DNA of 64,000 nt from Camelus dromedarius (taxonomy: Eukaryota). A model generated the notes under the pieces. The model ran no database searches and was not told the DNA's origin. It worked only from the letters and a program-made list of their open reading frames with translations. This document shows, one piece after another, positions 38,488-48,945 of the stretch; position 1 is the first letter of the stretch, and each line of letters starts with the position of its first letter. The position numbers were made by a program, and so were the translations under genes. Location of the stretch: assembly GCF_036321535.1 (NCBI RefSeq), contig NC_087437.1, positions 9,114,001-9,178,000 on the forward strand, written 5' to 3'.

Positions 38488-38639
38488 NNNNNNNNNNNNN
38501 NNNNNNNNNNNNNNNNNNNNNNNNNNNNNNNNNNNNNNNNNNNNNNNNNNNNNNNNNNNNNNNNNNNNNNNNNNNNNNNNNNNNNNNNNNNNNNNNNNNN
38601 NNNNNNNNNNNNNNNNNNNNNNNNNNNNNNNNNNNNNNN
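38488..38639. other. Assembly gap (N) in the proximal 3' UTR
   Basis: N run starting 46 nt after the ZNF385D stop codon. Confidence 1.
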
Positions 38640-38640
38640 T

Positions 38641-38920
38641 TGGGAAAAAAAAAATTATTGCAGTACAAGGACGCCCGCGTGGAACTCAGTAGGGAGCGAA
38701 CAGCACGGGGGTGTGGGCGGTCCGAATGGGCCCGGGCGCCGGGCGCAGCAGCGCGGGCGGCAGGGCCGACGTCTGGAAGAGCGTGGCTGCAGGAGCAGTT
38801 CGCAGACTGAAGGGGGCGCTCACGGCCACCGCAGCAGCCGCCGCCGCTGCGGCCAGCGGGTTCGGGAGGATTCGCGGAGCCAATGGCTTGGAAGGTTCTT
38901 TTGAAAATACTAATTTGACC
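38641..38920. promoter_or_regulatory. Small CpG-island-like segment over the terminal exon
   Basis: About 29 CpG counted in 38641-38880 and very GC-rich, against an AT-rich, CpG-poor background. Confidence 0.55.
38686..38919 (-). CDS. ZNF385D: ZNF385D terminal coding segment (exon 8), 77 codons + TGA; Pro/Ala-rich C-terminus with Ala8 tract
   Basis: VKLVFSKEPSKPLAPRILPNPLAAAAAAAAVAVSAPFSLRTAPAATLFQTSALPPALLRPAPGPIRTAHTPVLFAPY*. Acceptor ccctcttgcag|GTC after a long pyrimidine tract. TGA at 38686-38688. Confidence 0.97.
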   Translation of the reverse strand, partial: VKLVFSKEPSKPLAPRILPNPLAAAAAAAAVAVSAPFSLRTAPAATLFQTSALPPALLRPAPGPIRTAHTPVLFAPY

Positions 38921-39292
38921 TGCAAGAGGGGGAGAGAGAGAGGGGGAAAAAAAAAAAAAAAGAGTAGAAGAAGAAACGTTTGAAGTCTGCACCGAGCATC
39001 GCCAACGAGGGGCAGCGTTTCAGCACGACTACAGTGAGAAACTCGCACCTGTGAACTGACACTGTGAAGAAGGGAGAGGGTAAAACGTTCCCCCTTTCGG
39101 AAGAGCTTGGAGAGCCTGGAAAATGGCTCACCTCGGAGATGGAAAAGTCCTCCAGAAAAGGACTCGGCAACCTTAATTCATCTTGTTTCCCTTGATAAAT
39201 ATACTTCGTGGGAAAGTATTCGTCTTGGGAAAAAATAGGGAATTTTTGCTCCACTCTTTACATACACTTTAATGATGAGGAAACAGACATTT

Positions 39293-39601
39293 TAACTTTT
39301 TTAAAAAATTAAATAAAATTAATTAATTAATTGAAGTATCGTCGGTTTACACTGCCATGTTAATTTCAGGTGTACAGCATGGTGATTCAGTTGTACATAA
39401 ATATTCTTTTTCAGGTTCTTTCCCATTATAGGCTATTACAAGGTATTGACTATAGTTCCCTGTGCTAGACAGTAGGACCCTACTGTTTTATCTATTTTCT
39501 GTATAGGAGTTAGTCTCTGCAAATCCTGAACTCTCAATTTATCCCTCCAGCACCCCTCTCCCTTTACCCCCTGGAACCGTAAGTTTGTTTTCTATGGGAC
39601 T
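39293..39601 (-). mobile_element. Young L1 3' end in the last intron
   Basis: aattgaagtatcgtcggtttacactgcc...atagttccctgtgctagacagtaggacc...; TSD agacattt at 39285-39292 and 39602-39609. Confidence 0.9.
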
Positions 39602-41110
39602 AGACATTTCTAAAGAGAGATTTATTAATGCTGTCAACGACTATTAAGAGGCCTCAAGTGTGTAAGGTAGCAGCGTAGCAAGGTGAGAGGGACTGATCAA
39701 GAGATGTAGAGATAAAAAAATTCCACTTTCAGTAAAGGAGCAAAGTTCTCTCCCCACAAGTTTTTCATGTTTTGCTTACACTGGTAGCCATGTCCTCGCA
39801 GTCCCTCGCTACAAACCCAGTTCATTCTCTGACTAGTTGCATTAGTAAGATGACTAATTCTCAGGGAGGGGATGATCCCATGTCTGGAGACAGGAACAGT
39901 GATAGTTAAGCAGGAGGTTTTGGATGCTAACATGAACGCAGTTTGACTTCTCTGTTTCTTAAGGAACCTTTCACTTGATTGTTGACAGCTGCATCAACAG
40001 GGGTCAGAAATAGCACTCAAGGTAATGACTGGTGGTGCTGAAAACCTCAGCTCCGTGCACAATCCATGGCCTCTCCATGCAGCTAAAATGGATTCTGTGC
40101 CAAAGACTAGAGTGACTTCATTTGCATAAAAATGGGTGGTACAACGAAATGAATTGGGTCAACTCATTCTGAGGTCTCCTAATAGCTGACTGCAGTTTTC
40201 CTTTAACTGTCTTTTCACGTGTCAGCCGCACACGTAGCACTGATTATTAATAAGATCTATTTTGATGAAAACAGATTTCAAAATGCATAATTCAGTATAT
40301 CCTGTAGATCAATTGTTCTTAAATTTTTTATACACACAGTGATAGTTTATTACAGCTAAAGAATGCAGAGCCCTGGGTCTCTCTGATGAAAGCTATGATC
40401 ATTCCAACCAGAGAAAAAAGCACAAGCTCATTAATATTAACCTGAAATGTCAGGAGGTTTACAGATTTCCCCTAAACGCCTATAGACTTTCTAGGTCAGG
40501 GCATCAGTAGCTGTAGGCTTACTAATCTAAAAGGCATATTTGGGGTAATAGCAAGAGATCATGTCTCAGGAAGTATTTCCCAGGCCTTAGATAGTTTCCT
40601 TAGGTAGATAATTAAAAAAAAAAAATTAGCCATGCCTTTTAAACTGTGTTATTTAAAACCTAGACTTGTGGGCAGAATCAGTAATACCAATGCTTTGTCT
40701 CTTGTAGATACTCAAAAGGAGATGCAAGAACTTGTTTTTCCCTCAACTTTCCTAACAGTACCCACTAACCTCAAGTTCGGATTTCATGCCATGACTTAAA
40801 CGACTCCAAGAGTTTGGTTTTCCCCACCGGCCCACCACCCCGTCCCCACGCTCTGTCGTGAACCTGAGCCCAGGTAAAAAGATGAGATACTGGGTGGTGG
40901 CTGGTGGTGACAAGACACCCAGACCACTCATGAAACCAGTAATTCTGTGGGTGAAGTAGGGGGTGGGCTTTCAAATCAATTGTTTGTCTTTACTTAGGTA
41001 TCTTGTTTATTTCACTTAGTAACTGACAAAAAAATCATAATCCAAGTTCAGCGAGCAGACTGCAGGACATTAACGGCTACTGTCTATTTGGAAGCAAAAA
41101 GGACACTCAC

Positions 41111-41212
41111 CCCCAGTGGATGTGCTGCTTTCTGCAGTTTGTTGTAAGGACTGTATTTGGGTTTCGGGGGCTTCCCAGCAGCTCTGTCTTTGTGTCTTCT
41201 ACTGCTAATGTG
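41111..41212 (-). CDS. ZNF385D: ZNF385D coding exon (exon 7), 102 nt, phase 0/0; both His ligands of zinc finger 3
   Basis: Hand translation of the reverse complement gives HISSRRHKDRAAGKPPKPKYSPYNKLQKAAHPLG. Acceptor tttaatag|CAC, donor GGG|gtgagt. It is absent from the ORF track but bridges the flanking exons in frame. Confidence 0.96.
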
Positions 41213-42104
41213 CTATTAAAAGCAATGAAAAAAATGACAGCTTAAAAAAAAATCATCCCCCTAAAAAAACCCTCATAAATATTGTTTTCACCTGAGGAAG
41301 GATATTAATTATTTCATGCAATTTGCAGAAAGACAAAAATTAAAGAGCACGCACTTTTGTCCTTGGATTCCGATGCCTCTGATACTTTGATGCTAGCCAT
41401 TTTAATCTATTTTTAACAAAGAGACACCTCTTCCTTTTCCCGGCCTTCCTCCTGATCACCGCTTTTAGGGACATTTACAAAGGAAAGAAATGTCTGAAGG
41501 AATTTTATGTGCAAATAAACAAAGATGGCCAGGCAGGCCTGAATTTATTTCCAGACTCATATTTACCCTCACATTTGTACAGCCGAATGTCAGCCCCTTA
41601 AATTCTAAAGATAAATAGCCAAGGTGCATAAAATCAGTCCAATAATGTACCTATGCATCTAAAACGTAACCGAAAAGGAAGGCTGGGCCTGCAACTGACA
41701 ACGTAAAACAGATCTGGTTGGAAAGCTATTCAGAGGAAAAGTGAATGCAACACAATTAGTCATCCCTGTAGCAGGTGGCTGCAGGATTTGCAAACACAGT
41801 ACACCACCATGTGATGAAGTACGTAAAGTAAAAGAATAGCACAGTATAAAATCAGCGGTAGCATGTAAGTAGCTAAACAAGTAAAAATAGAACATGGCAA
41901 TTTGACCTTTAAAAAGAATCAATGCTTCTGAGTGGGAAACTTGGTAAAGAAAAGGTCTACTGCCCCTTTTCCTCCCACTCTTCATATATAAGAAGAGCAC
42001 AGGCTCACTTCAGACCATTTCTGAAAGATCTTAGAAGCCATTCCATTTTCAGATTCCCTTAAGCAGCTAAAATATGGATAAATAAATAAGGACAGTGGAT
42101 AGGA

Positions 42105-42195
42105 GATACGTGGATGGATGGATGGGTGGATGGATGGATGGGTGGATGGATGGATGGATGATCAATAGATGTATGTGTGTATGGATGGATAGATG
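42105..42195. repeat. (GGAT)n microsatellite running into an N gap
   Basis: tggatggatggatgggtggatggatgg... Confidence 0.9.
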
Positions 42196-42366
42196 NNNNN
42201 NNNNNNNNNNNNNNNNNNNNNNNNNNNNNNNNNNNNNNNNNNNNNNNNNNNNNNNNNNNNNNNNNNNNNNNNNNNNNNNNNNNNNNNNNNNNNNNNNNNN
42301 NNNNNNNNNNNNNNNNNNNNNNNNNNNNNNNNNNNNNNNNNNNNNNNNNNNNNNNNNNNNNNNNNN
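42196..42366. other. Assembly gap (N) in ZNF385D intron 6
   Basis: N run next to the (GGAT)n tract. Confidence 1.
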
Positions 42367-42449
42367 AAAGAAAGAGGACAAAGGAAGCACACACTTCTGC
42401 TCATCAGCATCCCCCATCTGTTTCCACTTCTAGGATTCACACCGCCTAC

Positions 42450-42628
42450 CTGTTTAAGTTGTGTTTCCGAGTTGACGTGCACATCACAGATTTCACAGTG
42501 AAACGTTTTGTTCTGCAGGCCTGTATTCCCCTTACTAACTGGTCCTTTGCCTTTCACACCCGCACGAGGGAAGGCTTTGATCGTCCCGCTTCCGTTCCGG
42601 GCTTCGAGCATGGTTTTGTGCTTAGTAC
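42450..42628 (-). CDS. ZNF385D: ZNF385D coding exon (exon 6), 179 nt, phase 1/0; end of zinc finger 2 and CxxC half of zinc finger 3
   Basis: (G)TKHKTMLEARNGSGTIKAFPRAGVKGKGPVSKGNTGLQNKTFHCEICDVHVNSETQLKQ. Acceptor cctggcag|GT, donor CAG|gtaggc. The frame joins the previous exon to complete C-x2-C-x12-H-x5-H. Confidence 0.97.
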
Positions 42629-45199
42629 CTGCCAGGAATATTTAGGAAAAAAAAAAGAAAGAAGAGAGGAGAAAACTCTTAGCTAGTAATCGCCTCCAGA
42701 AAACGATACCGTAACATGACGTGATGCCTAGTTTGAGTGCAGGTCTTCCAGGGATGGTGGTTGAAATACACTCAAGACATAGAAAACGGTAACAATGCGC
42801 TCCGACCACCTTACACAACACTGCTGAGTTGCTCATCTTTGTCTAACGTCCCCGCTCTACCCCCCTTACAAACAAGCACCATACAGTAAGTAAACCCGAG
42901 AGAGTCCTGAGATTAAGTGGGTGTGATTTTGGTTCATTTCCTCTTGATACTAACAGGACATAAATGACAGCTGATGAGGAAGAGTGATTCAGTTGCTAAA
43001 GGTAGAGTTGGAGGTGAGGTATGAAAATGTAATCAGTTTAAACGTGGTGTGTTTACAGAAGTGGCACTAGTTACATACCCACAGTGTAAACAGAATACAG
43101 GCAAGCTTTCCTGGCCGTGTGGCTTAGGTTCAAAGGGGATGAGTAATAGTATAAAGATCTTAATGATGGAAAGAAAAAAAGAAGAAAAAAGCCCTGTTAG
43201 TCGAGTAAAGCCCACACTGATTGGCTATATGATTTCAAATGTAAACAAATGACTAAAAAGATGAGAGGGGCAGATTTGTGGGCCAGGCAGGTGCACTGTG
43301 AACAAGTGCTTCTTTTTATTAAAATGGTCCCATCTTTGGACTGTCCCACACAACTAACGTAACTCCACTTAGCTCTAATTGTGGGGTTTTTTTTTTCAAT
43401 CACTAAAGTTCATGATGGAAGTTTTCTCTCAAAAAATTTTGCTCACAATTTCCTTTTTCTTGGCATTGACAAGCATTCATTACTTGTCTCACTTAGCCAC
43501 ATGCTTTTGCTATGTAATTTTCTCTGGAAATCATTTACGTCCTTTCTGCCATTTTTTTTTTTTAAATCCTGTTTTACAGGTTTCTCCTTCCTAATTGTAT
43601 TTATAAGATTGTTATCAGTTCTGGAAGCATAGGGAAAAAAAAATCTTGACTTCTGATTCTTGGGCCAGCCTCCTCAAACCACTGAATATTAGTGAAGAAA
43701 GACGTTGAGGGCATTCCAGGTGGGTGCCAATCACTGTCGTCTTAAATAAGAAGCAATGAACACATGAAACAGGTTTACAGCCATATGCTTTTCTCTTACA
43801 AAATGATTATAACTTTACTGAGTCCAACAGGAAAAAAATGCTTATTTTTATAGCTTTGATTCCACACTTTCAGTATCATATTCTTACCCACAGCAATGAA
43901 AATGTTCACATCTCAACATATTAAGGAAAGAGAAAAAAGTCTGTATCTTATGAGAAGACTGGAGGGGCTGAAATATGCAGCTAGAAGGGTGCCCTGGGGT
44001 TTGTTTTCACCTGTTTCCCTGTGATTTAGTCACACAGGGCTTTCTACTTTGTATGAAGGTGAGAGCAGGGCAAGCAATGTTCTGGGGAGAAATAGATACA
44101 TACACACACAAAGGAATGAATGAATGTGTATGTATATGCTTATATATACCCACATATGATTTTGCCCTCTCATATATGCCGTCTTCATACAAAACAGAAG
44201 TGTTTGTGTCACTGTGTATGTGTAAGTGTGTGCGCACATGATTGTCCAACCTCCTCTATCCAAACAGGTGATTTTATCAAATATTTGTTTTCCACACAGC
44301 CTCCTCAGTCAAACTGCAAAGCATCCCCCGGGGCCAGCGTGGCTTAGAAATGCCCGAGCAGCAGTCAGGAGGAGACAAGTCTCACCCTTGACTTTCTCGA
44401 GGGTCTCTGGACTCGCTCTGGTTAATATCTCCTGTGATTGGAGCTGGTGTTTGACAGTTGCACCCTGAACAGATCAGAAAACTGTTTCTACTTATTCAAC
44501 AATATGTAAAGACTTTATCTCGCCTGGGTGGCTTGCCTCAGGATTGAGTGTCAGATGGGTTAGGGAGAGGAGAGGAAATTCAAAAGATGTGGCCCCAGTG
44601 GTAGGGGCGGAGCAATATTAGGTGAAGATCCAGAAAATAAAATGTTCCCCTGATACCTTTGGCAAGCTAAGACCCACCTATGTCCTGTTGCTAGGGGAAG
44701 AGAAGAAATGGAAGACTGGTAAACACTGGAGAAATATCGTCTCAGAAAATCATTGCATTTTTTTGCGTTATTATTTGAGTGCAGTCTCTCCACAGAAGCC
44801 AGTAAAGTTAGAAAAATTAAATACACCACCTCATGCACGCCTTACACTCACGCACACGCACACACACCAAACCCGTATGATTAGAATTGTGTCAAGATTG
44901 GGTGAAAAACTTCAGCTAATTGCTCTGACTCCAGGGTGACTGGTCGTCATCAGGTAGAGTGGAACTTTTGTACAATTAAACCTCCTGCATTTCATAGCAG
45001 ATTATCAGTCATAATTAAATAGCGATGATATGGTTTTGTAAGATCTTAAAGCTTGACTCGCCCGTAAGCTGTATTTCTTCCGAGGACGGCTGAAATTCAG
45101 GAAAGATGTACCCTTAATTTGAAAACATTTCCATTCTTGAGAGATCAAATGTGCATTAATAATATAAAAATAGAGATTATTAGGAGAACTTAAACTTAT

Positions 45200-45390
45200 T
45201 TTATTTTCTAAACATTGTACATAATTGCGCTAAGTCATTGACCTCACAGCTGCTTCTATGAGCTAGGTGCTATTTTTATGCCCGTTTTAGAGATAACAAA
45301 CTGAGACTCAGGAAGGTTAAGTTACTTGCCTGGCTCACAAAGCAAACACTACTTGAAATTACTGGCTGGTAGGAAGTGGATTTCCCACTA
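45200..45390 (-). mobile_element. MIR
   Basis: tatgagctaggtgctatttttatgcccgttttagagataacaaactgagactcaggaaggttaagttacttgcc. Confidence 0.75.
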
Positions 45391-46199
45391 AGCTCCTAGA
45401 GCTTCGGAGATTTAGCCAGAAATCCACTAAGTATTTCGTAGCCAGCTGAATTCCGGTTACACAGGAATCTCTCAGAACACCTTTAATTTTCTATTTTGTT
45501 AATTCAGTCTTGTCTGAACTCGGATTTTCATCTGAGTCTTTCAAACCCCGCTTCCCCTCCTCCCCCTTTTTTTTTCCTTGTAATGCTCCTTTCTGCTCCG
45601 CAGAGAACCACGAACCACGATGCCTTGCAAGGCAGTGGCTCTGTGATGGCCGATTTGATCACGTCCGGTTTCGACATTGTGTAAACATCTTGCAAGGCAG
45701 GTGCCCTCCTCGGTGATTGCACAGCAGGGCAGACACAGAGCTGCTTCTGTACTTTATTCCTTCTTCCTCAGAGGAGGGAATCTTCGAGAAGCTAAACGGA
45801 CTATTTGCTTCCCATCACTTTTAAAAGGCGGACACTGACAGTGACCTTCATTTGCAGCTTTCATGATGCCTGAAATGTAAAACCATTCTCCAGCCACAGG
45901 TTAAATCCAGCGAGTCATAATGCTCCTCGAAATACTGATTTTGTTTGCTCTTTTGGCTTGGTTTTGATTACTTTGGGTCAAGATGTTTATTGATCTTACA
46001 TCTGCAGAAATCAAAGTAATATGTAGTGGGGGATGGCTCTTAGGTGAGGTACTGGCATAAAGGAAAGGTAGGTGAGCAAGAAAACTAACAAACGACTTCT
46101 TAAAATTAAATAAATCATTCATTAAGTCATCAGGAAAATTGGGAAAATTTCTTTAAAATGGAAAAACAAAAACCCATAATTCCACCAAGGAGAGGCATA

Positions 46200-46580
46200 T
46201 CAAAATATTAAGAGTGGTCATGACGTACCAGTCTTTTATCTTCTGTGTTTTCATGTGTATTTTAAAAAGTTTGGATGACTTGTTAAAGTAACTTTGTGTA
46301 GAAATTTCCGTGGAATTCGATATACTTTTAGAAATGCACATGGTTTTTAATGACAACATGGGTTTACAGTACATGAATGTTATATACTTAGCCACTCATC
46401 TCATATTAGACATTTGTATTATTTTATTTTTTCCCTCTATAATTATTTTATAGTGAACATCCTACTCAATAATCTTTTAAAATCTATCCTAAGGTTGTTT
46501 CCTTAGGACAGCTTTTCAAAGAGGGTAATTATAGGGACAAAATATGACTATTTTTAAGTCTCAATTCACGCTGTCAAATT
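46200..46580 (-). mobile_element. Old L1ME-type 3' fragment
   Basis: ttagccactcatctcatattagacatttg...atagtgaacatcct...tttccttaggacagcttttcaaagagggtaattataggg. Confidence 0.55.
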
Positions 46581-47711
46581 AATTTTCTCAACATTACAAA
46601 GGAAGTCTCAGAGGGGTTTGTCTGTAAGATGAATGTATCCTGGCGGAGTCTGCAAAATTCACCTCTCTATAAAATAAATTTCAATACCTTAAAGTTCAAC
46701 TTTCCAGAATGCTCATGAGATGATATTTAATAGTATTATATTTATATTTAATAGACCCTTAGCAAACCCATGTGACTGCAGGTGATCACTTGTTTCCCTT
46801 CTCATAGACAAGTTCAGAGGATTCGGCTTATAGATACGTGGGCAGGAAAGTGACCACCTTCCATACAGACAGCAAAGTGCAAAGGTGTTTTCTGATGTGG
46901 CTATTTACAGCATTCAATATAATGGCATCATGGTCTGGCTCTTGTGTCTCCTAAGGACAAAATTATCTTGCATCTCTACACTTGAACTGTAATAGTGGCA
47001 TCACAAGACTCTATCTTCTCTCTTTTTTTATCCTCTAAATGTCAAATTAACCTTTTATTACCCTGCCTCCTATATGATATGTATTTTCCACATTAATGTT
47101 ATTTTCATTTTGTCTCTGAAAACCTTGGTTTAACTTTTATCAGCACATCCACAAAATTAAGTACCCAGAACAGCATCCGCTGTGTCAGGTGACCAAGTAA
47201 TGCCCCGAATGAGTAAAAAATGGTGTTATTTATGTCGGCTCCCTGGTTGAAAGTAATTTGTTGATTCACCAGTAATGTCCCTAATGTCCAAACTGCAGAG
47301 GCGGAAGTAGAGACCCGCAAAACAAGAGTCCAAAAACAGAGGAAAGGACAACCTTGCTTTCAGCATCGGAAAGGGCCTCCGAGGAAGAGCGATGAACAGG
47401 GTGGGAGGAAGCCACCCAGCACCAGCGGGGACGGCCTCGGTGACCGCAGACGGCTCAGGGAAGAGCTCTGCAGCCTCAGGGACCCAGTGGCAGAGCACGG
47501 GCTGGGTCTGATGCGAAGATGAATGTGTGGACTCCATGTAGCAGTAACCCTTGACCTCCCACATGTGAGGACGATCATCAAGCATCCAGAAAGCCTCTTT
47601 TATCCATAACAGTGGACTACGGGGAACACGAAAGCTTTCCCGAGCTGCTTTAGACGTGCATTTAACAATCTTTATGGGCACCCGTCCCATCTCCTTAAAA
47701 ACAAGGCCGTT

Positions 47712-47943
47712 AAGGAGGGAGAAATCAGGAGTTTGCGATTCGCAGATCAACTACTACATAAAAAATCAGTAAACAACAAGGACCTACTACACAGTACTGG
47801 AAACTAGATTCAATTGTTATATAATGAAAAAAGAATATGAAAAAGAACAGATACGTGTATAACTGAATCACTATGCTCCACACCAGAAACTAATACAGCA
47901 TTTTAAATCAACTATACTTCAATTAAAAAAAAAAAAAAAAAAG
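47712..47943 (+). mobile_element. Young L1 3' end with poly(A) tail
   Basis: ggagggagaaatcaggagtttgcgattcgcagatcaactactac...aaacaacaaggacctact...aaatcaactatacttcaattaaaaaaaaa; decayed TSD aaggccgttaag / aagacccttaag. Confidence 0.85.
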
Positions 47944-48194
47944 ACCCTTAAGAACATGGAAAAAAATGCCACATTGCTTTTATATCCATTACCCAAGACA
48001 GCCTAGCAAAAATGTTTTCACATAATAAACACTCGATAAATGGAGAAATGAGACACTTTCGTGGAATAATAGATATAATGTTGTCTTATTTATAAAAAGC
48101 TATTTTGGTTTACTTTTTGTGTAACTCGTTTTATTTTTAGTTTTTACATTATTAATTTTTTTAAACATTCAGTTTATTATTATTATTATTATTT

Positions 48195-48335
48195 TTGGCC
48201 TTTGGTGTTTTTGGAGGGGAGGGGAGGTAAATAGGTTTATTTATTTATTTTTACTGGAGGTATTGGGGGTTGAACCCAGGACCTTGTGCTTGCTAAACAC
48301 ATACTCTACCACTGAGCTACACCCTCCAACCCCCT
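48195..48335 (-). mobile_element. Camelid tRNA-derived SINE (vic-1 type)
   Basis: ggaggtaaataggtttatttatttatttttactggaggtattgggggttgaacccaggaccttgtgcttgctaaacacatactctaccactgagctacaccctcc; paralogous to the copy at 14306. Confidence 0.8.
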
Positions 48336-48772
48336 TTACTTTTTTAAATGAAAGTTAACACTTGCTCTTGGTAGAAAATTGCAAGAGCACAGAAAGGTAT
48401 AAGGTGAACAAAAGCCCACCCACCTCTCACCTTCAAGCGGCACACCCTCCGCAGGGACACAGTTTCACGTGCAAACGTCCTGAAATGTTCCAAATATCAC
48501 TGAGTTTATATTAGACACGAGTAGGAAAAATAACATAGGTTGAACATTCTCCTTGGTTTGCACATGAAACCACTTTGACCAAGAACAGCACATGAAAGTA
48601 CCCAGTAGGAAAACACATCTTGACGCAACTCTGAAGTCATTCATTCTGGTGGCTAATTGGTAAGATGTCACCAAACGTAAAAACTCAACCCTGAATGCTC
48701 ACATGTTAGATAAGATATCCCAAATCAGCCATACTGTAATCCCAGAAATAGATTATTTATGAATGGTAGCTC

Positions 48773-48945
48773 TAGTACACTGTCTGATAGAAACTTCTGG
48801 GGTGGAAATGTTCTCCGTCTGCATTCTCCAATATGGCGGCCATTCATCACAGGAGGCTACTGCAACTGCAACTGAATTGGTAATTAACTTAAATTTAAAT
48901 AGCCACCTAAGACTAGTGGTTCCTGTGTTAGACAGTACAGCTGTC
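48773..48945. mobile_element. MER3-like hAT-Charlie MITE
   Basis: ctgtctgatagaaacttctggggtggaaatgttctccgtctgcattctccaatatgg...ttaaatttaaatagccacctaagactagtgg...ttagacagtacag. Confidence 0.8.

Larger units (their letters stand above)
29780..38685 (-). other. ZNF385D: Inferred long 3' UTR of ZNF385D (~8.9 kb)
   Basis: Repeat-poor compared with the flanks (only one clear young L1 piece) and ends at a complete poly(A) signature. I recall a human UTR of similar length (unverified). The end coordinate is estimated. Confidence 0.6.

Noticed and set aside
38299-38992. ORFs 38299-38904(+), 38711-38983(+) and 38456-38992(-)
   Set aside because: They are shadow frames of the GC-rich ZNF385D terminal exon, and two are inflated by the N gap; no recognisable protein.
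39018-39035. REST/RE1-like ttcagcacgactacag
   Set aside because: Spacing and the GGACAG half do not fit the RE1 consensus.
4880-42686. ORFs consisting mostly of X
   Set aside because: Artefacts of translating N gaps.
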